From assembly GCF_006345805.1 (NCBI RefSeq), contig NC_042997.1, positions 152,210,001-152,274,000 on the forward strand: a stretch of DNA of 64,000 nt, written 5' to 3'. The notes under the pieces were generated by a model. That model made no database searches. It had not been told where the DNA came from and worked only from the letters and a program-made list of their open reading frames with translations. How positions within the stretch are numbered: the first letter of the stretch is position 1; the number at the start of each line of letters is the position of its first letter. A program made the position numbers and the translations under genes. Positions 13,617 to 26,677 of the stretch are shown one piece after another. The stretch comes from Octopus sinensis. Lineage: Eukaryota.

Positions 13617-13891
13617 CACATGTATATATATATAATGTGTGCATTACGTAGTCGGTCGATTCAGCTGAAAATATGCACACCTATGTTAAAAGTGCTGGCA
13701 AGTTTGCATGACAACTATTTTTTTCCTCAAATGAAAGGCGTCACCTCTAGGACAAAGTTCCTCATCTTATAAAATGTGGCCCCAGTAGACCCGAATGAAA
13801 TCGGGTTATATTAACCAAAATGTGAAAAGGGGTCTAAATGGGGCTGGAAGGGGATTAAAATTTCAAGGAGCGGGTGTTTAGCAATTCTCTG

Positions 13892-14168
13892 TTACATCAA
13901 GCTAAAAAATTTGCGCCAGCCTTTTAATCGTCAATGTGTTGCCGTCCATGATAAAGAAGTTTTGAATGCTTGCCATGGTGAGTCTACTGTCGTGAGAAAG
14001 AATCACTTCAAAACTTGGTGTTTACGAATTTTCTTTTACATCAAGTTCAAAATTTTACGCCAGCCGTTAAACTGTCACTACGTTGCTGTCCGTCGTTAAG
14101 AAATGCCAGCCATGGTGACTCTACTATCCTCAGATTCTATCCCTTCAAACTTTGGTTTCCAATATTTT
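13892..14168. repeat. Diverged tandem duplication, 144-bp unit
   Basis: TTACATCAAG...CGCCAGCC...GCCATGGTGA.TCTACT...CTTCAAA occurs at 13892 and 14036. Confidence 0.75.
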
Positions 14169-14453
14169 ATTATTTTTATTCAGCTTGCAAGTTCGTCTGT
14201 CCCTTTTAAATGTTAGCGTTTTGCTGTCTGCCTTGAAGCAGACCTTTCCATTGCCACTGCCTCATATTTCTGATTGATCTTTCTAAATATTTTATTTCCC
14301 AACTTACTCAAGATCTTCTGTTGTTTATAAATGGGAGAGAGATAGAGAAAGATAGAGAGTAAGAGAAAGCGAGGGAGAGTCCGAGAGAACAGAAAAGTAA
14401 GAGAGTGGGAAAGTGAGAGAGAAAGGAGAGAGAAACAAATACGGAGAACCATC

Positions 14454-14760
14454 ACCATCATCATCGTTTAACGTCCGTTTTCCGTGCTAGCACGGGTTGG
14501 ACAGTGTGACCGGGGTCTGGGAAGCTAGGAGGCTGCACCAGGCTCCAGTCTGATCTGGCAGTGTTTCTACAGGTGGATGACCTTCCTAACGACAACCACT
14601 CTGTGAGTGTAGTGGGTGCTTTTTTCGTGCCGCCGTCACAGGTGCCAGGGGGGCTCACAGCGGCAACGATCGGTTGGTGCTTTTTACGTGCCACCGGCAC
14701 AGAAGCAAGTCAAGGCAACGCTGCAATCGGCCACGTTCGGATGGTGCTTTTTACGTGCTG
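14454..14760 (-). mobile_element. Retroposon family C with (GAT)n tail (also 50330-50433 + and 57594-57855 -)
   Basis: Shared CCAACCC.TGCTAGCA.GGA.AACGGACGTTAAA(C/T)GATGATGAT 3' end and GGTGCAGCC body in three copies. Confidence 0.75.
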
Positions 14761-14856
14761 AAAGGAAGCAACAGAAAGTAACAACCACACTCTTACCCGC
14801 GCGTAGAGCGGGTCACCTTCAGCTAGTATATATATACATATATATATATATATATA

Positions 14857-14891
<35 letters not shown>

Positions 14892-15033
14892 TGTAGGTCC
14901 CGGGTTGAGTCGGGGTTAACCACAGTAAATAAGGTACTCAATACATGGCAGAGTAAATTAATTTTTCCTGATGATTTCATTTGAATGAAACAGTTCTAGT
15001 CCTGTAGAAGCTCCTTCTATAAAATAATAATAT

Positions 15034-15892
15034 AATTCAAAATATTACATTATATATAAGGGCTTAGTAAAATAAATTACTTTGCCACATACTGAGCTGA
15101 AGAAAGAAATGTCGAATTGACTAATCTAGAAACGTACGTTCTCAAATAACCTTTGCACTTGATTTTTTAATGTTTTTTCCCCCATACTTTTGTGAGTTGG
15201 TTTAGGCAAACACTATCTGAGAGAGATCTTCTTTAAGTATTGGAAATAGCTGAAGAAATTTCTTTAGCTGCTATTTCTAATGAGTTCAGTATGTGGCAAA
15301 GTAATTTATTTTACTAAGCCCTTATATATAATGTAATATTTTGAATTCGCCTATAATGGTCCCTTTACATACTGAACACTTGGTGAAACTGATTAATAAT
15401 TAATTAATTTTACCCTCAATTGTTGAAATTATAATTCATCTCTCTTTGCTAAATTCTGCGGTTTTCACAGTTAATACATGGTGTTTGTCAATTTTAACCC
15501 ACGCTGGTGGAAAGGGGAGAGCAGAAATTCTTCGCTTGCATATTCGAATTTGATAGCACTTTTAGTTCGAGCAGAATTCTAGAGGTGATTAGAAGCCGAA
15601 AGGGTATGCTCCCGACTTTCAGTTTTTCCCAAATCCGATTCAAGGAATTCTGAGCTAAAGAAAGAAATGTCGAATTGACTAATCTAGAAACGTACGTTCT
15701 CAAATAACCTTTGCACTTGATTTTTTAATGTTTTTTCCCCCATACTTTTGTGAGTTGGTTTAGGCAAACACTATCTGAGAGAGATCTTCTTTAAGTATTG
15801 GAAATAGCTGAAGAAATTTCTTTAGCTGCTATTTCTAATGAGTTCAGTATGTGGCAAAGTAATTTATTTTACTAAGCCCTTATATATAATGT
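15034..15892 (+). mobile_element. Non-autonomous Penelope-like element (inverted pLTR fragment + two direct pLTRs)
   Basis: 65-bp inverted repeat (15034-15098 vs 15283-15347, one mismatch); ~242-bp near-identical direct repeats (15093-15334, 15651-15892), each beginning with a hammerhead-like motif. Confidence 0.7.
15093..15144 (+). ncRNA. Minimal type I hammerhead ribozyme-like motif
   Basis: TGAG-CTGAAGA-[imperfect stem II AGA.GTC/GAC.TCT]-GAAA-CGTACG-TT-CTCA; stem I TGAG/CTCA, palindromic stem III. Confidence 0.5.
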
Positions 15893-16002
<110 letters not shown>

Positions 16003-16329
16003 GTGTGTGTGTGTTTAATGTACACTGTATTTTTATATGAATAATATATAATCTATTGACTAATTTTTCCTTCACGCTAGACCACTGGTAGCAAAGAATT
16101 TTTCTAAAATGTTTTTGCTACCCTAAGATTTATTAATTAATATATAGTACTCCTTCCAATGAGAGATAAATATCATTTTATAATAACAGATTACGAAAGA
16201 GCTATTAATAGTTTCATGCTTTAGAGATACAATAAATTGGCAGACTTATATAACATGCCATCTATCTCCAAGCAATCTTTCAGCCGAGATACATGTTATA
16301 TAAATCTGCCAATTTATTTTATCTATCTA

Positions 16330-16331
16330 TC

Positions 16332-16362
<31 letters not shown>

Positions 16363-16475
16363 ACAGTATCATGGTTATGGTATTATATATAATATAGCAG
16401 AGAGAAAACATTTTAACATTGCCTATGTGTGAACGTAAATAAGCCTGTCTGTCTGTCTGTATGTATCTATGTACG

Positions 16476-16507
<32 letters not shown>

Positions 16508-16650
16508 TGTATGTATGTATGCATGCATGTATGTATGTATGTATGTATGTATGTATGTATGTATGTATGTATGTATGTATGTATGTATGTATGTATGTAT
16601 GCATGTACACCTATATGCATATAAGCATGCGTGCATTAACGTATGTATGT
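16330..16650. repeat. (TA)n/(TATG)n block
   Basis: Direct inspection. Confidence 0.9.
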
Positions 16651-16881
16651 AGATCGGTCGGCAGGGTATTTGTGTAAGATGACGTCATTTTTACTAAAAA
16701 GAAAGACAATGTGCTTTAGCCGAGAAATAATATGACCAACAGCACCAGAAGCAAGCATCATGAGTGGTTCTGGTTCTATTCTTATAAACAACATTGCTTA
16801 CACGTAGTGTATAAATAATACTTCATGTGAGCCGACGTGAGAACTTGTGACTGCTAAGATTAATCAAACTAACTTAGTCTC

Positions 16882-17040
16882 AGGCGTGGTGTGTGGCAAG
16901 AAGCTTGCTACCTAATCACATGGTTCAAGGTTCCCTTCCACTGAGTAACACCTTTGGCAAGAGTTTTCTACTATAGTCTCGGGCCGACCAAAGCCTTGTG
17001 AGTGGATTGGTAGGTGGAAACTGAAAGAAGCCCATCATAT
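16882..17040 (+). mobile_element. Family B SINE, 5' part
   Basis: Head through GGAAACTGAAAGAAGCCC. Confidence 0.75.
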
Positions 17041-17877
17041 ATACATATTTATATATATATATATGTATATATGCATATATTTTATTTATTTATTATATTA
17101 TATGACCGAACGCAAGCATTATTTCTCTTCTCCAAATAAGTCTTTATTTGAATAATCATGACGCGTACTCTTTGACCTTTCCTCCCTGCCTGTCTGTCTT
17201 CCTCTCTACTTGTCTCTCTCCTTATTTCTCACCCTTTCTGGTTTCTTTTCCCCTCTCTCTCTCGCTCTCTCTCTCTCCTCCTCCTCCTCCTCCTGACCAG
17301 AGGGCTGCTAAAACTTACTTTCAGCTTCGTGCTTCAACAAGTATAGATTGACTTCTGTCCTTCGTAAGCCGATTTTTCACATGCGTTCTAACTAATTTTT
17401 CCACCATCTAGGCAAAAAAAGCCCTTATTGTTGGTTCCCTGTCCTGTTTCTTTATTTGTACTGTTTTTTCTTCATGTGGTGGTGGTGGTGGTGGTGGTGG
17501 TGGTCGTCGTCGTCGTCGTTGTCGTCGTGGGTGCTGTTGCTGTTTAACCAAACACACATTCAACCCTGAACGAGCAAACAAATACATCTATAATGAAAAA
17601 TCATTCCAAATATGACCATACAAGCCCCAATTTTCTTCTGAATAGCATAATCTACGTAATATTTTCCTATGTATCCTTTTTATAAGACAGTATGGTTTAG
17701 CTTGAGGGAGCTTTGGCTGCTATTTTTAGCAGATCGAGTGATCACGTGGAAGCTTCATCAATGAGTTAATTTTCAGAGCATGTGCATGTTGTACATGAGT
17801 GTATGGATGTAGAATTGTTTTACATGCGTGTGTGAGTGTCTGTGCGTGCGTGCGTGTGTGTGTATGTGTGTGTGTGT

Positions 17878-17937
<60 letters not shown>

Positions 17938-19699
17938 ATGTAGATAGATATGGGATGTATTAATGTGTACAAGTATTGGAAATAATAATTTTTTTTTCAA
18001 TTCATTGAGATTTTAAGCAGACATCATTCCTATATCTAGTCAATATCAACATTAATAGGATTGCTACTTAATTACGTCTAAGTACAGGCAGGTAAGCTTC
18101 TAAAAGAACCTAAAACAGCTTTCTGTCTAGTAGGGGGCTTTGTAGATTTTATTTATTTATTTATTTATTTATTGCTTCGTTTATTCTTTAATTTCTTTAT
18201 TCTTTCATTCGTCTATTATTTACTTATTCATTTGTTTTTATTTATTTCTTCTTTCATATTTTCTTCTTCACTATTTCGAACATTCACTGTTTGATGATTC
18301 ATAGATAGCTAAATAAATAAATTGATGAATAAATAAATAAATAAATAATAAATAAATAAATAAAAATAAATAAATAAATAAATAAATAGATAAATTAAAG
18401 TTTAAGATAATTCATGACGCCATTTGCAAATCGCAGTTGGGGAGAAGGTTAAACTTCCCTGCCTCCACCGAGTTTCAGCTGTGTGCCACTTCTTTTGATC
18501 AATCAATGCTCAGAAGATTTATATCAAATCTACTTAGACTACCGTAGCGATTATATTCATACAACGTTGCTTACGTAAGCTTAAATGAACGTTTACATGT
18601 GCCGTTTGATGCAATCATTTAAATGGTAGCAAAGCTAAATGATTTTCATTTGGTTTCAATTATTCGTCTTTCATTACATCTGCAATTTTCGTATTCATGC
18701 TGACATTCATGTTGCGAAGCATTAAATATAGCTGAAGAGTCTCTTAATTTTGTAAAGAACTTCATCCAAACGTTAGTTTGTATAATGGTAGTTCCTAAAA
18801 ATCTTCACTACAAATATTTTATTAGTTCACTGATTTTGTCTTGCGTTTTATCTATGTGTCTATTTACTTAAAAGCCACAACTTTCTGAATCGATTAAAAT
18901 GTCAGACTGCTGACTGAAGGGTCGTTAGTTCTTATCTCATGGACACAACCTTTATGGCTGTGACATTTTTTTTATAGTCTGGCCAGACGAGGAAAGTCTG
19001 CCAGCGAATTAATGCCTACAGACACTCTATCGTTTATATCAACTCACTGTCTTTCATCTTGGCAATAATATTAGGATGTACCATCAAGTGTTGAGTGATA
19101 GATTCGACATCAGTCTGCGTCTAAAATATTCTATTCTGTGTTCACTATAAAGAATTGAGGCTAGAAGCCAAGAGGAATATTATTTATCACACCTCATCAA
19201 TAACCTAGATTCTAATAACGCCATCATAACTATCTTATACCCTACCTTAGCCACTAAGATGAACACCGCCAACATCATCTGTTAAAATATGTAGTAAATC
19301 TCAGACAACGCCAAAACTCACATTACTTTTACCAAGTCAATGAATAGATATGCTGCCAGTGAAATCATAATACTGTTCTGTTAACAGCCTATACAAGATT
19401 AATTGATATTGCATCGGATGAAAACAATAAAGGAAGCATGTCACACCACACAGATTTATTTCATCGAGCATCCAATGACAAATCTTTGAAATGCCACGAT
19501 CAATGGTGTATCTATTAGGTAATATTAGTTAAAATAGACGGTCACTTTCCAGTTTTATAGAGGAAATATATATCAAATCAAGCATATTATAGTGACTTTT
19601 ATATAATTCTCTGTCACTCTCTTTCCTTTACCTTCACTCTCTCTCTTACATTCTCTCTCTTAAGCACTGTTTCTCTCTCACACACATTCTCTCTCTTAT

Positions 19700-19740
<41 letters not shown>

Positions 19741-20582
19741 CTTCTTTCTACCTTACTTTGTCTTCCTCTCGTCTTCTTACTCTCTCACTCTCTCTGTTTG
19801 TGAAATAAAATCCTTTTGCTTTGAAGATAAAGTTTTCGGATTTTGCTCTGCCACTGAAATATCTGAGAAGCCGATCGATATAATGGTATTTGTCGGCGGA
19901 CTCAACTAACTGCATATGCTTCCAATTGCATTGCATCATATGCTAATTTCTGCCTTTGAAGAATGAAATACTGGAGGCCTCAGATTTCGAGGGTAACGAA
20001 ATAAAATTATGTGTTATGCACACATCTTCCCTTGTTTGTTTTGGGCATTTTTTTCTAGTTTAGTCTGGAGAGAAGGCTGTGCCCTTTGCCATTGCAGGTC
20101 CTTCTCTTCGATTGTTACAGGTCGATGGTTGCAAGAAAAAGATAGGATGAATGGCAATTCCAGAGGGTTGAAGTTCTGAGGAGGAAGGATTGAGAAAAGT
20201 GGTTAGTGGGGGGCTAGGCAAGGCAGAAAGCAAAATGGCTGATGAGGTGGTGGTGGGAAGAGATGGGTGAGTCGAGTGCCACTGAGTAAACAATCAGCAA
20301 GCGAATCACTTTCGAGGACCAGAGGTCACAGCAAACAAAGAGAGGTAAAAACAACACGTCTACATACATACTTGTGGACGGAGTATGTTGGCCAGTGACT
20401 TCATGTCATTCATCTCTATTTTTGCTCTAACATATGTGAAGTAAGTGAGATAACTAGAATTAGGAACACAAAAGAAGTTAGTTAATATACCGAGACCTTT
20501 TTTCATGTACCGGCTACCTAGCCCAGGTATAGATTATTTTTTACTCTAATCAAAGTTGCGACCTAAGGAGCCTACACTAAAA

Positions 20583-20783
20583 CAATTTTGGCATAAGGCT
20601 AGCAATTATGAGGAAGGGTGCATGTCAGTTACACTGACCCCAGTATTCAACTGGTACTTATTCTATCGATAGGATGAAATGAAAAGCTGACCTACGCGGA
20701 ATTTGAACTCAGAACGTACAAACGGACGAAATGCTGCTAATCATTTTGCCCGGTGTGCTAATAATTCTACCATCTCACCGTCT
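20583..20783 (-). mobile_element. Family A SINE
   Basis: Head, B-box and body motifs as in the 5.3-9.0 kb cluster. Confidence 0.85.
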
Positions 20784-21846
20784 TAACTAAATATTGAGTT
20801 TAAGTTTTTGCACAAGGCCAGCAATTTCGGAGTGGGGACGTCGCCCCATCAGTCTTTAAAGAAATTTAGGCGTTATTCGACTTTGCAAAGGGACTTGCGT
20901 GGTGGTTGAGAATAAGATTACCCAAGACGCAAAAAATTTGACAGGTTCTTGTAGGATGAAGATATTTTCATTCCAAAAATTCCTTTCGTTCCGATAAGTA
21001 TGATCTTTTAATTTTATTAAAATGTAACTTCAGTTTTAGTTGCCCTTTTATTTTACAAAGAATCAAGTTAGAATCATTCTTTATCGCATAATCAATTGTG
21101 CGTTGCTTTTAGAAGAGCTGAAAAACAACAAAAAAGATCTGTTCATTTTAACTGCTGAAAGAAAAACTAAGAGCACTGTACATATAGCAATAGACATTAA
21201 GAAAAGTTACTGACCAGAAAAATAATTCTTTTAGAGTAATTATGTAAATTATTATTTAGAACAATATGCAAATTCATTCAGTATTTTGAAAAAAAAAAAC
21301 AAAGCCAGTTTACTAATAAAATATTTTAAAAAATCTAAGAGTAAAATTTTATATAAGAGTAAAATAAAATTTTTATTTGTTTTAATTTATTTCATGCGCA
21401 TTTTTATGAAGCGCAATTTGAACCATCTTAGAATAGCTTAAACACAATGATTTGAGAGGAATCAATATTTCCGGATCAACTGAAGATAGTCAACGTCTTT
21501 TCAAAGGCAATTTACCCAAAATATAGCACAGCAGCTTGTCGGCAGTTGCTATATGAGTCATCATGGGAGCCTCTATGTAGCTCTCGATTTGCTAGAAAAG
21601 ATTGCCAAATCTGACTCAAATCACAACCTACTGTCTTTACAACAGCACACTTTGGAGAATGTAATACTTAAAAAGGGCAGGGGCACCTTTGATCACAAGC
21701 TTGCTCGATCAAGAGCTATACAATATCATTAAGAATAACGACAAACAGCCCTGTGGCTTATGTAACAAGCATGATTATCAAAGCTAAGTCACAAATAACC
21801 CGCGTTTCATATTAATGTTATGTAGTCAATTCAATTATATCAAGTA

Positions 21847-22237
21847 CTAGCAGTATCGCCCGGTGTTGCTCGGGTTTCTTTCGACCCTTTAGAATTGAAA
21901 TTTTCGAAAAGTAAAAATTTTGCATTATGTAGCTTGTTATTCTCTTTAAGTGAACATTTTTCTGGTTGAAATATACCGAAAAATGGTGACACAGCAGTCA
22001 AAAAATCGTAAAAAATAGGGATTTCATAGAACCCCCCCACCTTTTTGGTGTAAATAATTTTTGGTGTTAACATGGTCCGATTTGAAATTTTTCTTCTACG
22101 GAAAGAAGAGCAAGCCTTCTTCTATCATACTCTCAATTTTGGTCAACTTGCGTCGCAGGGTCTCGGAGGAGATAGTGTTAGTTGAAGGCTACCAAACCTG
22201 CCACACACAGACAACTTCAGCTTTATATATAGAGAGA
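21847..22237 (-). mobile_element. Non-autonomous Helitron
   Basis: Starts A|TCTCTCTATATATAAAG, ends CCCGAGCAACACCGGG hairpin + CGATACTG CTAG|T; inserted between A and T, no TSD. Confidence 0.85.
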
Positions 22238-22535
22238 TGATTTAGTTTGGTTTCTAATCGAACTAGTTAAAGGGAAGTTACCCTGTTCAGCAGTGTAAGC
22301 TAACGAAACATTGAGATTTCAGTTACTTTTCACAAGGAACTGTATTAATATGTGGTTGTTGCATCTGCTGTTCAATCTTGCATCAGCTATGATCAAGAAG
22401 ACAACTGGAAACAAACTACACCACACAGATGAGACATTTGGTTGCAAAGATCGTGCAACATGTCATGTCATATCATAAAGGCACACAGAGCTGCGCTCGG
22501 TAATGAAGTGAAAGCACGTCATAACAATAAAACTA

Positions 22536-22542
<7 letters not shown>

Positions 22543-22629
<87 letters not shown>

Positions 22630-22841
22630 TACTTTCTATGTAATCTCAAGTTTTAAAACAAACATAATTTTCGTATGGTTTTTTTTTAGACATTCACTAG
22701 TACAACACTAAATACAAAACCAAATATATGGCACACTAGGCATAACAACAACATGAACTTCCAACCTGTTGTCTCTTGAGGTCTCTGGGCTAGACTTGGA
22801 GCCAACTTGTATAAATGTAAAGCAAAAGTCAAACATAGAAT

Positions 22842-22881
<40 letters not shown>

Positions 22882-22924
22882 TAATAATAATAATAATAAT
22901 AACAATAACAATAACAATAACAAC

Positions 22925-22986
<62 letters not shown>
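22543..22986. repeat. (AAT)n arrays with an embedded retroposon 3' relic
   Basis: Two (AAT)/(AAC) tracts, 22543-22627 and 22840-22986. Confidence 0.88.
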
Positions 22987-22987
<1 letters not shown>

Positions 22988-23496
22988 TAGAAAGAGTGTG
23001 GAAAATGTGACCCACTTAGTAAGTGGATGTGAGAGCCTTGCAGAAAAAAAATACAAGCGCCGCCACGATAAAGTGTGTGTATGTCTTCATTGGCTCTTAT
23101 GCCGAAAATACTAATATGAAGTAACAGAGAACTGGTACGAGCATGTACCAACTAAAGTTATGCAGGATTACTCTGGGACTATGATTTTCCGACGCATCGT
23201 GTAATCGAACACCGTCGGCCAGATATTGTCATATTGAATAAGAGAGACAAATATTGTCAGCTCTAACAACCAAGTTCGAGAAATCTGTCAGAGAAATCGG
23301 ATTTGATATGAGAGCAGAGCAAGGTTTTGAGATCGGTACTTGGATGTTGAATGTCTCCCACGATAATTAACAACCGAGTATCAAAGCTTATAATGTGTGG
23401 AAGGGGACCCTATGTGACCTCTGACAGTAGGCTGCTGTCCGTTCTCATGTAATCGACCAGAGCAAACAAGAGTGAGCACCCAGGGAATTAAAACAA
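22987..23496 (+). mobile_element. R4/Dong-like (restriction-like endonuclease) non-LTR retrotransposon 3' fragment
   Basis: Hand translation SVENVTHLVSGCESLAEKKYKRRHDKV..LHWLLCRKY*YEVTENWYEHVP / WDYDFPTHRVIEHRRPDIVILNK (knuckle remnant, RHD motif, PD..); flanked by (AAT)n and (AAG)n. Confidence 0.8.
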
Positions 23497-23906
23497 GAAG
23501 AAGAAGAAGAAGAAGAAGAAGAAGAAGAAGAAGAATGAGGAGGAGGAGGAGGAGGAGGAAGAAGAGGAAGAGGAAGGGGGGGAGAAGGAGGAGGAGGAGG
23601 ATAATGACGACGACGATGGTTATAATTATGATGATAATGATGGTAATTAACTGAACTGAACAGCAAGTAAATGAGTCTGAGTGGTCAAAAACAATGTGCA
23701 ATGTCTGAGCCTGGTATCGAACCCCAATTGTTCTTACCATTCGTCCAACCACGTTTCTGATTTCACCAGTAGACGTCTGTCTTGTTCTATCACAACGTTA
23801 TATAGATTCCTAACGTGTCTTATCTCGTTAGTTCTTTTTCTCTGTCGGCTGTTTCCAGTTAAGAAATTTATTAAATTCTGTTCGTTCTTTAACAGATCGA
23901 CAGGAA

Positions 23907-23988
<82 letters not shown>

Positions 23989-24725
23989 TACGTATGTATG
24001 TATGTATGTATGTATGTATGTATGTATGTATGTATGTATGTATGTATGTATGTATGTATTATGTATGTAGGGGAGTGAAGAGACAGAAATTCATGGTGAC
24101 AGCAAGAAAGGAGGTGTGGATGCGGAGGGAGAGAAAGAAAAAGATAACTAAATGAGTAAATAAACAAGCGCTGGGTTAGGTTGATTCCTTTGTGTGAAAT
24201 CTCTGGCACCCTAATCGTTTGTTTATGCAATACGCAGAAATTGTCTTTCTACGCCATTATCGTCTTGCTCGGCGCTGCAGATTGAATTTTCCATCTGATT
24301 TCTATTTTCTTACTCACTAACTAGATTGTTATTTCTCGGCTACAACCTTACTAAATAGAGATTCCATCTGGGGGGGGGGGGGGAGATGGAGGGGGGCGGA
24401 GAAAGGAGTAAAAGAAAGAGATGAAAGGAGAGGAAAGAAGATAGGAATGAATATTGCACAAACACTGATAGATTTAGACACTAACTGTTCATCACAGTTA
24501 GTTTAGAATGTGATTCTTAAAGACAACTAATCACTATCTATCTGAATGTATGTAGCTGAGGAAGCTGTGAAAGATAACAGAGTTGAAGAGAATGAAGATT
24601 TATGTGTTCGTTTTTTTTTTTTTGTATCTAACATTTTCAAATGATCGATGCTTCATGTTTTGTGTTCAAATCCCTCGTCAGCCGTGTCGTCACATTAGCT
24701 AGCTTAGGTAATACTCTGTCTATGG

Positions 24726-24809
<84 letters not shown>

Positions 24810-24924
24810 ATGTATGTATGTATGTATGTGTGTGTATGTATGTATGTGTATGTATGTATGTATGCATGTATGTATGTATGTATGTATGTATGTATGTATG
24901 TATGTATGTATGTATGCATGTATG

Positions 24925-25018
<94 letters not shown>

Positions 25019-25041
25019 TATATATATATAAAGTATGTATG

Positions 25042-25089
<48 letters not shown>

Positions 25090-25161
25090 CACATACACAC
25101 ATACATGTGTGTATGAATGTATATGTATGTGTGTATATATATGTGTATGTGCACGCCTTTA

Positions 25162-25208
<47 letters not shown>

Positions 25209-25247
25209 ATTTATGTATATATATGTATACATATATGCATATATATG

Positions 25248-25290
<43 letters not shown>

Positions 25291-25345
25291 GTGTGTGCAT
25301 GCTTGTATATGTGTATGTGCGTGTGTGTGTGTGCGCGCGCGCGTG
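23907..25345. repeat. (GATA)n, (TATG)n, (TA)n, (CA)n microsatellite-rich region
   Basis: Direct inspection. Confidence 0.9.
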
Positions 25346-25756
25346 AGTGTCTTTTTCTTTTTCCCTATCGATTTGGCTGACACGTGGATGACGATACTTT
25401 AAAGAAAATGTCTAACAAGATCAAAATCGAAACATGCCTCAAGTTGTCAGAGTGTCAGCCGAAGGTCAAATGATTCTTTCTCTCACATTGTTTCCAGTTT
25501 TAATCAATTCGGAATTTTGTGCGTCAACCCATTGTAAGTAAAGTATAGAAATACATGTATGCGCAGACACACACACACACACATTTTTCTTTCTTTTAAG
25601 ATGTTGCCCTCATCACTGCTTAGTTGATTTAAGCACTGTTCTATATTTACCTCTTGCGTTTTAGGTATAGGTTTTACCGATAAAATCTATTGTGAGCATC
25701 ATATAAATTGTGTTTGGGCTAACTTAACCAAATATCAATATTATAATATTGATTAA

Positions 25757-25965
25757 GATGGCCAGCTGGCAGAACCGTTAGCACGCTGGGCAAAATGCTT
25801 AGCGGCATTTTGTTCGTCTTTACATTCTGAGTTCAAATGTTACCGAGATTGACTTTACCTTTTATCCTTTCGGGGTTGATAAAATAAGTACCAGTTGAGC
25901 ACTGGAGTCGATGTCATTGACTTATCCCTTCTCACAAAATTGCTGGCCTCGTGCCAAAATTTTAT
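25757..25965 (+). mobile_element. Family A SINE
   Basis: GCTGGCAGAACCGTTAGCAC head, GAGTTCAAAT B-box, GGCCTCGTGCCAAAATTT tail. Confidence 0.88.
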
Positions 25966-26349
25966 AGTATTAATTTACTCAATCACCATCTGTGGCTGTC
26001 CCCGTTCTTGCTTGTGATCAGATTAAATTAATATTAGCTCTTGTGCATGTGTTTAATTTTTTTATGCTTGCATAATTATAATCTTCATAAAATAAGATTC
26101 CAGAATTATCTCTCCTACACATGTTGATTAGATTTTAGTGCTCAGCTAATGTTTTCCTTCTCACTGATTTGATTAATTTAAAATATACTAGCATTAAAGA
26201 CCCGTCGTTGCCGGGTCATAGTGCTAGTGCATGTATATATGTGTATATATATGTGTACATATTACATGTACATCTATATTTATACATCTACAAATAAAAT
26301 ACAAAATACAAAGTTATATCTTGATATCGCTAGTGATAACAATACTCAA

Positions 26350-26677
26350 AATATATAACAGACTGGAATTGTTAGCTCGTCTCTTGTAATTTCGATCAAT
26401 TGTATCTTGTCCTCCTTCTTGTATAGAAGTGTGGCTACAATCCAGCCTATCTCTACTTCGGGTGGGGGGGGGTGGCATTTTAATTTTTTTCCGGGACGTC
26501 CTACGTCCCAGATATAATGGTAAAAGTAAAATACTTCCACTTTGCAAGTTCGAGTCGAGTACTACCTTGCACGCTCCGTTGACTCGAACCTTGCTTCTAT
26601 TGTGGCGAATTTACCGCCTCTGATTAGATATCTTTCATAGTCGCACCAAGACACTTTTCGAAGGTGCTTTCCTCCAT
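26350..26677 (-). pseudogene. Degenerate N-terminal LINE ORF1-like fragment
   Basis: Frameshift-stitched peptide YLIRGGKFATIEARFESTERAR*YSTRTLQSGSILLLPLYLGRRTSRKKIKMPPPEVEIGW aligns without gaps to a second relic at 34385-34550; the ORF1 assignment is inference. Confidence 0.6.

Noticed and set aside
14960-15000. CTGATGA...GAAAC hammerhead-like motif
   Set aside because: Stem II is too short and stem I does not pair; at best a decayed relic
20040-20300. Possible plus-strand exon ending at GG|GTGAGT
   Set aside because: All three frames are closed from the candidate acceptors; no recognisable protein
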